From Lactobacillus phage ATCCB: a stretch of DNA of 24,000 nucleotides. Below, piece by piece: positions 16,187-23,028 of this stretch (positions within the stretch are counted from its first letter, which is position 1; every line of letters begins with the position of its first letter). Under the pieces are notes generated by a model that saw nothing but the letters and a program-made list of their open reading frames with translations, did not search any database and had not been told where the DNA came from. A program made the position numbers and the translations under genes. The stretch lies in sequence record MK504445.1, one strand, 5' to 3'.

Positions 16187-18127
16187 ATGACTAGAGAAAA
16201 AATTGTTACGCTATCTGAAAAGCAACAAGCACGAGACAAACTATCAATTTGGTTTGGATCTCGTGATAATTTCTATCATCCATTAATTGAATCAATTGCA
16301 AATGGAATTGATGAAATTAATAATCATTTCGATAAAGGATTAATTGAAATTTCAATTGATAATAGTCTACACCCAGGGAAAAGCGTTATCACTGTTAAAG
16401 ATAGTGGTCGAGGTATTCCAATTGGTGAAATGACTGGTGACGTTCATAATTACACCCTTCTATTCGAAAAGTTATTTGCTGGAACAAAATATGATAATAC
16501 TTCATCTCAAGCAAACACTGGCACAAATGGTGTTGGAAATACTGTAATTAATTATACTTCTGAATATTTTGAATGTCAATCACTCTATAACGGAATTTTG
16601 CACAAAATTGTGTACAAAAATGGTGGAGAAAATCCACAATATTCTGAAGATAAACAATCAGGCGACTCATTCTCACTATTCAGGTTCACTCTGGATGACA
16701 CTGTTTATTCATCTAATAAATACAGCGAAAAAGAAGTTGAAAACATCATCAGACACTTCTCAGTAGTCTCTAATAAAATTCATTTTTTATTTGAGTTTAT
16801 TGATGAAGATTCGACACAAAATGTACAAAAAACACTACATTATGACTCGATCTTAAATTATTTTGAAGAGTTGATTCATGGTCAAAATACTTCGGGAATT
16901 ATTTCTATTGATAAACCAATTATTGTAAAAACAGATGAAGAAACGAATGAGTATAATTTGCTCATTACAACAACACCAGAAACTCATCAAGAATCTTATC
17001 TTAATGGGACTTATTTGCGAAATGGTGGTTCAATTAATTCTGGGGTAATTGATGGTGCTCGTCAATTTATTAATCGATATTGTAAGGAAAATAAAATTTT
17101 TAATAAGCAAATTAAAAGTTTAGATAGAGATGATATTGAAAATAGTTTGTCATTTATTGTTAGTGTTAATTCAACTAATGTTGAATATGAAAATCAAACT
17201 AAAATTTCAACACAAAAGAAACTGTACCGTTCTCAAATTAAGGATATTGTTAGTGAGCAATTAAACATTCAAGCTACAGCAAATAAATCACAATTTCAAA
17301 AATTAATTAATCATGTTTTAGAAGTTCACAAAAATAATAAGGTGAATGATAGAGCACAAAAAAGATTAAAAAAGAAATTATCAGAAAATATTAATTCATT
17401 AAATAATCGTGTTGATAGTTTAATTGATTGTGATAAGCATAATGAAAAATCTGAATTGTTTATTGTTGAAGGACTTAGTGCTTTAGGAAGTATTTCTGCT
17501 GCTCGTGATTCTAATTATCAAGCTGCATATCCATTAACTGGTAAAATTCTAAATGTTCTAAAAGCATCTAACTCCGAGATTATGAACAATAGTGTTATCA
17601 CTGATCTTGTGAAAACAATTGGAACAGGAATGAATTTAAAATTAGGAAATAAAAATAGTATGAAATTTGATATTTCCAAATCACGATTTGGAAAAATTAT
17701 CTGTTCATCTGATGCTGATGCTGATGGGTTTCAGATTAATTCATTGGTTATTACTATGATTCATAAACTTATGCCGGAATTTATTTCGCAAGGCCGTGTG
17801 TATGTTAGTCAAACACCTCTATATATTATTTCATATAGTGATGATACTAAGGAATATCTTCATAGCGAAGATGAACGAAATCATTGGAAACCTAAAAAGT
17901 TAAATATTAAGTATACAATTGAACGAGCAAAAGGGCTTGGTCAATTAGATGCTCGAGTTATGTCTGATACCGGTATGAATGTTAAAACAAGAAACATTAT
18001 TCAAATCACAAAGGAAGATGCAGATAAATTTGAAGAGTATTTAAACTTGTGGATGGGAGTTAGTAGCGACGGGCGTAAATCAGAAATTGATAAGAATTTA
18101 TATAAATATGTTAATGAAATTGATTAA
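16187..18127 (+). CDS. parE: Type IIA topoisomerase ATPase/Toprim subunit (ParE/GyrB-like)
   Basis: GHKL motifs ESIANGIDEI, DSGRGIPI, TGTNGVG; Toprim FIVEGLSALGS, YPLTGKILNVLKA, SSDADADG. Confidence 0.88.
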   Translation: MTREKIVTLSEKQQARDKLSIWFGSRDNFYHPLIESIANGIDEINNHFDKGLIEISIDNSLHPGKSVITVKDSGRGIPIGEMTGDVHNYTLLFEKLFAGTKYDNTSSQANTGTNGVGNTVINYTSEYFECQSLYNGILHKIVYKNGGENPQYSEDKQSGDSFSLFRFTLDDTVYSSNKYSEKEVENIIRHFSVVSNKIHFLFEFIDEDSTQNVQKTLHYDSILNYFEELIHGQNTSGIISIDKPIIVKTDEETNEYNLLITTTPETHQESYLNGTYLRNGGSINSGVIDGARQFINRYCKENKIFNKQIKSLDRDDIENSLSFIVSVNSTNVEYENQTKISTQKKLYRSQIKDIVSEQLNIQATANKSQFQKLINHVLEVHKNNKVNDRAQKRLKKKLSENINSLNNRVDSLIDCDKHNEKSELFIVEGLSALGSISAARDSNYQAAYPLTGKILNVLKASNSEIMNNSVITDLVKTIGTGMNLKLGNKNSMKFDISKSRFGKIICSSDADADGFQINSLVITMIHKLMPEFISQGRVYVSQTPLYIISYSDDTKEYLHSEDERNHWKPKKLNIKYTIERAKGLGQLDARVMSDTGMNVKTRNIIQITKEDADKFEEYLNLWMGVSSDGRKSEIDKNLYKYVNEID

Positions 18128-18137
18128 AATATTTTCT

Positions 18138-18165
18138 AAAAAGGTGTGTACAAATACGCCTTTTT
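18138..18165 (+). terminator. Intrinsic terminator whose loop contains a -35 element
   Basis: AAAAAGGTGT (18138-18147) pairs with ACGCCTTTTT (18156-18165), one G-U pair, loop GTACAAAT. Confidence 0.75.
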
Positions 18166-18175
18166 GTTATATAAT
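18147..18175 (+). promoter_or_regulatory. Family promoter, -35 embedded in the terminator hairpin
   Basis: TGTACA (18147-18152) - 17 bp - TATAAT (18170-18175). Confidence 0.75.
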
Positions 18176-18208
18176 ATATTTATAAATTAAATAAAGGAGA
18201 TAGTTAAA

Positions 18209-18379
18209 ATGAAAAACGGACTTAATTTAAACGGATATACACTTACAAATGAAGACGGAATGGTATACTTACATATCACAAAAGAATTGAATGATACTTT
18301 ACTAGCAAACAAAGAATTGGGTGACTTGATGGTTGAACTGATCAAGCAAAAGAATGTTAAAAAAGTTATCATTGACTAA
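18209..18379 (+). CDS. Small hypothetical protein (56 aa), not in the ORF track
   Basis: AAAGGAG RBS; MKNGLNLNGYTLTNEDGMVYLHITKELNDTLLANKELGDLMVELIKQKNVKKVIID. Confidence 0.7.
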   Translation: MKNGLNLNGYTLTNEDGMVYLHITKELNDTLLANKELGDLMVELIKQKNVKKVIID

Positions 18380-18419
18380 AAAACAAATAATTTGGAAAGT
18401 TTAAAAAGGAGAAAATATA

Positions 18420-18662
18420 ATGACTATTGAACAATGCAAACAAAATTTTAATTTAATGCAACCACTCCAATTACTAGTTTCAGAACGATATGATTTGAGT
18501 GAAAAAATAGATTTAAATGAAATTCTTGATAAGAGTTTTCAAACTGTTTTACTTGATAATTGTGTTTATAATTTTAAGTTGATAGATAATCTAGTCAAAG
18601 TTGAAAAACAAAATTTAGAAACAGAATATTGTCACCCAGTTGGATATTTTCAAATTATGTAA
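18420..18662 (+). CDS. Hypothetical protein (80 aa)
   Basis: ORF with AAAGGAG RBS. Confidence 0.7.
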   Translation: MTIEQCKQNFNLMQPLQLLVSERYDLSEKIDLNEILDKSFQTVLLDNCVYNFKLIDNLVKVEKQNLETEYCHPVGYFQIM

Positions 18663-18670
18663 AAATATAT

Positions 18671-18700
18671 AAAAAGTGTTTCAAAAGAAACTCTTTTTTT
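18671..18700 (+). terminator. Intrinsic terminator
   Basis: AAAAAGTGTTTC aaaa GAAACTCTTTTT (one mismatch) + T-tract. Confidence 0.75.
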
Positions 18701-18701
18701 A

Positions 18702-18730
18702 TGTACAAATTACCGATTATAGTATATAAT
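18702..18730 (+). promoter_or_regulatory. Family promoter
   Basis: TGTACA (18702-18707) - 17 bp - TATAAT (18725-18730). Confidence 0.75.
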
Positions 18731-18761
18731 AGAATTATAAATTAATTAAGGAGTGTTGATT

Positions 18762-18872
18762 ATGACAATCAAGAATTTATTATTTGATGCAAATGGGGAT
18801 TTGAATGGAAAGGCTGCCTTAATTATTATTGTATTAATAGTGTTATTAGGTGGTATGGTTGCAACATTTTAA
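18762..18872 (+). CDS. Single-TM small peptide (36 aa), not in the ORF track
   Basis: AAGGAG RBS; MTIKNLLFDANGDLNGKAALIIIVLIVLLGGMVATF. Confidence 0.65.
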   Translation: MTIKNLLFDANGDLNGKAALIIIVLIVLLGGMVATF

Positions 18873-18874
18873 TT

Positions 18875-19183
18875 ATGAGAAAAGCCTCGCAAAAACAAAT
18901 TGATTACATTAATGCAATTTGTGAAGAATTAAATATCGATAAACCTGAAAACTTATCAATGCATAATGCGTCCAATTTCATTTCATCTAATGTTGATGCT
19001 TTTAAAAAAGCAAAAATGAGAGAAAAAATGAAGACCAAAATTATTCACCGAAATAATATAGATGAACAATCTGAGTTCTTTGCTAGAGGAAGAAGAGGTT
19101 TGAAACATATTACATTAGAGCAGAGTGTTGATAATGTTCGTAAATCAATAATTGATTCAAAGTTTATCAGAAAACAAAAATAA
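18875..19183 (+). CDS. Hypothetical protein (102 aa)
   Basis: ORF starting just after the TM peptide; MRKASQKQIDYINAICEELNIDKPENLS... Confidence 0.65.
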   Translation: MRKASQKQIDYINAICEELNIDKPENLSMHNASNFISSNVDAFKKAKMREKMKTKIIHRNNIDEQSEFFARGRRGLKHITLEQSVDNVRKSIIDSKFIRKQK

Positions 19184-19196
19184 GGAGATCCTGATT

Positions 19197-19559
19197 ATGA
19201 AGCATGGTAGTCATCGTACTTTTAAAGATATTACAAGAATTACGCGTGAACATGATGCTCTTGATGTTGTAGAAGAAAATCATCGCCTTGAAAAAGAAAA
19301 CGGCAAATTACGAAGATTACTTAATTTTAATTTAGATGATGAAGTAATTCCAATTGCTTTCAATAAATTTTTGCATAAAAACTATCTGCGTAATATGAAC
19401 TCATTTACACAGTTAAGGAATTTGATGTTAAAAAGGCCAGAAGAATTATCAAATCAAGAACGTAAAATTATCTCTTTTGTTAGACAAAATAGTAAGTGTG
19501 CACTTATAGCAATTATGCTATATCCGCAATTAACATTTAAAAAGGAGGATGATGAATAG
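19197..19559 (+). CDS. Hypothetical protein
   Basis: AAGGAG RBS before ATG 19197 (track start 19152 overlaps the previous ORF). Confidence 0.65.
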   Translation: MKHGSHRTFKDITRITREHDALDVVEENHRLEKENGKLRRLLNFNLDDEVIPIAFNKFLHKNYLRNMNSFTQLRNLMLKRPEELSNQERKIISFVRQNSKCALIAIMLYPQLTFKKEDDE

Positions 19560-21577
19560 TGGGTGTTGAGCAAGTAGAAGGTCAAAATTATATTAATAAT
19601 GCTATGATGACCTATTCAGCTGAAGTTTTATTAAATCGAGCAATCCCAGTTTTACAAGATGGATTTAAACCAGCATATCGTCATATTTTAACCAGTATGT
19701 TTATGAAAAAAGAATTTCATTTGACAAAAACAGCGAATGTTTCTGGTGAAATTATGAAATTACATCCTCATGGTTCAGTATCTGGAACTATTGTCAAAAT
19801 GGTTCAAAAAGATCGAAATTTAGTTCCATTGTTGGACGGTAATGGGAATTTTGGACAATACACTTCTGGAATTATTCAACCGGCGGCAGACCGATATACG
19901 GAAGTTAAACTAAATGATTTTGCGAAAAATCAATTAATTAATTTCAATAAAAATACTGTTAACACTGTTAAAAACTACGATGGTACCGTTGAAATGCCAG
20001 AAGTGCTACCTGTCACCTTTCCATTAGTATTAATGTATTGTGCACATGGTGTTGGTGTTGGATATGCATCAGATACAGTTTCTTTCAATATGAATGATAT
20101 TTCAAAGCTTATGCATGAAATAATTAATGGTAATACAAAAGTAATTTATCCTGATTTTGCAACTGGCGGAATTATGGATAAAGATGCTGAAGAAATTAAA
20201 AATATTATGGAAAATGGTCATGGTAAAATTATGCTTCGAGCAAAGATTGAAAAAGCTCAAAACGCATTAATTATTACTGAAATTCCATTCAATGTTAAAC
20301 GCGAAAAAATTATTGATAAAGTAATTAAGTCATACCAAAATGGAAAATTGTCAGAAATTAAAAACATTAAAGATTTGACTGATATTAATGGATTAAAAAT
20401 CAAAATTGAAATTCAAAAAAATACCAATGTTGATGATTTAATTCAACGCTTATATAAGTACACACCTATGCAATCTTCAATTACTACTAATATGAATATT
20501 ATTGATATTGAAAAGGGCACACCAGAGGTCTTGGGTGTGTTTGATATTTGTAAGCGGTGGTTAAAATGGCGTGTTGATTGCTACAAAAAGCAATTACAAA
20601 ACGAAATTTCGGAATATGATTTACAATTAGAAATTTTAAAGGGCTATGAAATTATCCAAAACAAGCTTGATGAAGTTATTAAAATAATTCGTAAATCAAA
20701 GAAAGATGAAGTTACTAAAAACTTAATCGATCTTGGTTTATCAAAACGGCAAGCAGAAACAATTTTAAATATTCGTCTATATAATTTGAATAATGTTGTT
20801 ATTGCTGAGAAAATTGAAGAAGCAAAATTAGTTTCAAAAAAGAAAGATGAAACGATTGGAATTTTAAATAGTGATAACAAAATTTTAGAAATTATTGATG
20901 ATGAAATCTCTTCAATTGCTAAAAAGTTCGGTGGAAAACGGCGAACTAAGGTCGCAAAATTTGATTATTCAATGCCGAAAATGACAGCTAAGAAACAGAA
21001 GATCAATAATAATTCTGAAGTTTATGTAAATGTATTAAGTAATGGTTTAATTAATAAGTCTAATAATAATAGTTTTAAAACACCATCTGGAACATCTGTG
21101 ATGCTCTCTAAGAAGCTGCATAATTCTGGCCTAATTAACATTATTACGGATAATTGTATGTGCTATGGTATTAGGTTAAATGAAATTAAACAAAATGATT
21201 CATTAGTGGCTATTTCGGATTACACAGATTTTATTCCTGAAAATGAGAACATTTTAGCCGCATTTTATCAAGATGAAAATGATAAAGATATGTTGATTTT
21301 TGGTTATTCATCAGGGAAAATTTTTAAATTCCCAATTACAAGCTTCTCAATTAAGGCTAGAAAGATTAAAAATGCATTTGCAAAAAATGAAGAACTAAGT
21401 TTTTGTTATTTACTTAAAAATAATGAAAACATCAATATTCAAGTAACTTCTTCAGTTGAGAAAAATATTATTAATAGCGATGATATTTCAGAAAAGAAGA
21501 GTCGCTCTAGTTCTGGTGTATTTGCTATTAGTAAAAACAGAAACAATGAAAATAATGTCAAATTTGAAAGGAAATAA
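19559..21577 (+). CDS. parC: Type IIA topoisomerase breakage-reunion subunit (ParC/GyrA-like)
   Basis: LNRAIPVLQDGFKPAYRHIL, HPHGSVSGTIVKMVQ, GNGNFGQYTSG, PAADRYTEVKL (catalytic Tyr); C-terminal beta-pinwheel-like region; GTG start. Confidence 0.88.
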   Translation: MGVEQVEGQNYINNAMMTYSAEVLLNRAIPVLQDGFKPAYRHILTSMFMKKEFHLTKTANVSGEIMKLHPHGSVSGTIVKMVQKDRNLVPLLDGNGNFGQYTSGIIQPAADRYTEVKLNDFAKNQLINFNKNTVNTVKNYDGTVEMPEVLPVTFPLVLMYCAHGVGVGYASDTVSFNMNDISKLMHEIINGNTKVIYPDFATGGIMDKDAEEIKNIMENGHGKIMLRAKIEKAQNALIITEIPFNVKREKIIDKVIKSYQNGKLSEIKNIKDLTDINGLKIKIEIQKNTNVDDLIQRLYKYTPMQSSITTNMNIIDIEKGTPEVLGVFDICKRWLKWRVDCYKKQLQNEISEYDLQLEILKGYEIIQNKLDEVIKIIRKSKKDEVTKNLIDLGLSKRQAETILNIRLYNLNNVVIAEKIEEAKLVSKKKDETIGILNSDNKILEIIDDEISSIAKKFGGKRRTKVAKFDYSMPKMTAKKQKINNNSEVYVNVLSNGLINKSNNNSFKTPSGTSVMLSKKLHNSGLINIITDNCMCYGIRLNEIKQNDSLVAISDYTDFIPENENILAAFYQDENDKDMLIFGYSSGKIFKFPITSFSIKARKIKNAFAKNEELSFCYLLKNNENINIQVTSSVEKNIINSDDISEKKSRSSSGVFAISKNRNNENNVKFERK

Positions 21578-21580
21578 AAA

Positions 21581-21883
21581 ATGACCGATAATTTAATTAA
21601 GTTTAATAAGACAATTGCTGTATTAAGCGATAGTGAAATTGATAATATTGTTGAACACTCTGTAGCACTATTATTTAGTGGAGAAAATCATGTTGTAATT
21701 TCAAACTCTCATATTTTTAAGGATGATATGTATGATGTTATTGTAACTAAAAATTCTACGGGTAGCAAAGTTAAATATGGTGGAATTACTAAAAATGATA
21801 TTAGTAGATTTTTAACAAAATTAATGTTAAATCCAAACATTAAAAATGCAAACGTTTCAATTGAGATTTTTAAAGAAGAATAA
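21581..21883 (+). CDS. Hypothetical protein (100 aa)
   Basis: ORF directly downstream of parC. Confidence 0.65.
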   Translation: MTDNLIKFNKTIAVLSDSEIDNIVEHSVALLFSGENHVVISNSHIFKDDMYDVIVTKNSTGSKVKYGGITKNDISRFLTKLMLNPNIKNANVSIEIFKEE

Positions 21884-21890
21884 AAGTTAG

Positions 21891-21920
21891 AAATAGAGAT
21901 AGAAATATCTCTATTTTTTA
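21891..21920 (+). terminator. Intrinsic terminator
   Basis: AAATAGAGATA gaaa TATCTCTATTT + T-run. Confidence 0.85.
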
Positions 21921-21930
21921 TGTAAAACTA

Positions 21931-21959
21931 TGTACTTTTGCTGTATAACATGATATTAT
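21931..21959 (+). promoter_or_regulatory. Family promoter
   Basis: TGTACT (21931-21936) - 17 bp - TATTAT (21954-21959). Confidence 0.75.
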
Positions 21960-22002
21960 TAAATAGTAATAAAAAATAAACAAACAAAGGAAGTACTTAA
22001 TT

Positions 22003-22302
22003 ATGAATGAAAAAGATCTGTTAGAAAATGGTGTTCACGTGGTAATGGAAGAAGCAAAACATATTTGTTTCATGGAAAAAGGACGCGTAAAAGATAACTC
22101 AGAAACTTCTTCAGTATTATTTGGATTTTCAAAATTTATTGAATCATTAGAGAATTTCATTGACCGCGATAATTTTAGCGTATTTGTTGATGATATTTTC
22201 ACAATGGTAAACAGCTATTTAAGTGATGAAGAAGATTATGAAAATACAATCAATGAAATGACGCAATATGAAACAGCATTTTCAAAGGAATTCTTAAAAT
22301 AG
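22003..22302 (+). CDS. Hypothetical acidic protein (99 aa)
   Basis: ORF with AGGAAG RBS, own promoter and terminator. Confidence 0.7.
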   Translation: MNEKDLLENGVHVVMEEAKHICFMEKGRVKDNSETSSVLFGFSKFIESLENFIDRDNFSVFVDDIFTMVNSYLSDEEDYENTINEMTQYETAFSKEFLK

Positions 22303-22310
22303 TTTAATTG

Positions 22311-22342
22311 AAATAAAGATTGAAAAATCTCTATTTTTTTTT
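22311..22342 (+). terminator. Intrinsic terminator
   Basis: AAATAAAGATT gaaa AATCTCTATTT (one mismatch) + T-tract. Confidence 0.75.
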
Positions 22343-22353
22343 ACGTAAAAATA

Positions 22354-22382
22354 TGTACATTTATTAATTTCTATTATATAAT
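22354..22382 (+). promoter_or_regulatory. Family promoter
   Basis: TGTACA (22354-22359) - 17 bp - TATAAT (22377-22382). Confidence 0.75.
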
Positions 22383-22427
22383 TAAATAGTAATAAAGTAA
22401 TAGATAAATTGAAAGGAAGTTATAATA

Positions 22428-22517
22428 ATGGTTGAATTACTTAAAAAGGAAAAGATCCTAGCTGACATAGAGAAAACGAAAAAAGATTTAATGTTGAATG
22501 TTATGAGTCTCCAGTAA
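22428..22517 (+). CDS. Very small peptide (29 aa), not in the ORF track
   Basis: AAAGGAAG RBS, MVELLKKEKILADIEKTKKDLMLNVMSLQ, directly after a promoter. Confidence 0.5.
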   Translation: MVELLKKEKILADIEKTKKDLMLNVMSLQ

Positions 22518-22562
22518 ATCACGTTACCGGTGAAAAAAATCAATATTGGGAAGTGAATTAAG

Positions 22563-22739
22563 ATGTCAATGGTTGTATTGCTTCTATTGTGTTTAATTGT
22601 TTGGTCACTTAGAAATGTGATTAAATGCATTTGGACGATATTCTTATTTTGTTTCATTATAGCACTATTTGGAAAAACGTTTTTATTTATATCATTACTT
22701 ATTGGTCTATCTTTAGGATATATTTTATATCAAAAATAA
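22563..22739 (+). CDS. Small hydrophobic membrane protein (58 aa), not in the ORF track
   Basis: GGGAAGTG RBS-like; MSMVVLLLLCLIVWSLRNVIKCIWTIFLFCFIIALFGKTFLFISLLIGLSLGYILYQK. Confidence 0.6.
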   Translation: MSMVVLLLLCLIVWSLRNVIKCIWTIFLFCFIIALFGKTFLFISLLIGLSLGYILYQK

Positions 22740-22748
22740 TTATGTAAT

Positions 22749-22773
22749 AAAAATAGGGATAATCCCTATTTTT
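22749..22773. terminator. Bidirectional terminator between convergent transcription units
   Basis: AAAAATAGGG - ATAAT - CCCTATTTTT; symmetric A-tract/T-tract. Confidence 0.85.
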
Positions 22774-23026
22774 TTATTAATGCTCCAATAAAATTTTTAT
22801 CATTATCAACATAAATAATTCCATCATAAAAACGCTTCTTAAAAGCTGTTAAAGTTTCTTTTGGTTTATGACATTTTTTAAAAGAACTATTAATTTCAAA
22901 TTTTAGTTCTTTTTCATTTGGATAGAATGTGCTATTTGATATTTGCTTTTCAAAATATAAAATATCAAACACAGATAAAAAACTAGAATTTTTGTGCTGT
23001 TCTTCAAAATTTTTTGTTTCGAGCAT
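22766..23026 (-). CDS. Hypothetical protein (86 aa) co-directional with and downstream of the recombinase
   Basis: GGAGGAG RBS at the recombinase stop; stop codon overlaps the terminator. Confidence 0.65.
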   Translation of the reverse strand: MLETKNFEEQHKNSSFLSVFDILYFEKQISNSTFYPNEKELKFEINSSFKKCHKPKETLTAFKKRFYDGIIYVDNDKNFIGALIKK

Positions 23027-23028
23027 TA

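Noticed and set aside
16606-16640. Coding TGTACA site inside parE (near 16611) as another family promoter
   Set aside because: No TAWWAT hexamer 17 bp downstream; likewise TGTAC at about 3101, 3218, 8288 and 17220 lacks a properly spaced -10.
263-18372. Minus-strand ORFs in the track (for example 263-493, 1427-1696, 3047-3241, 6056-6271, 12853-13065, 13513-13829, 16569-16766, 18187-18372)
   Set aside because: All lie antisense to well-supported + strand genes with RBSs and conserved motifs, and show no recognisable domains; the 18187-18372 one hides a real + strand small ORF.
22382-22657. 91-aa minus-strand ORF
   Set aside because: Overlaps a family promoter and two + strand small ORFs, and its hydrophobic content comes from the AT-rich antisense.
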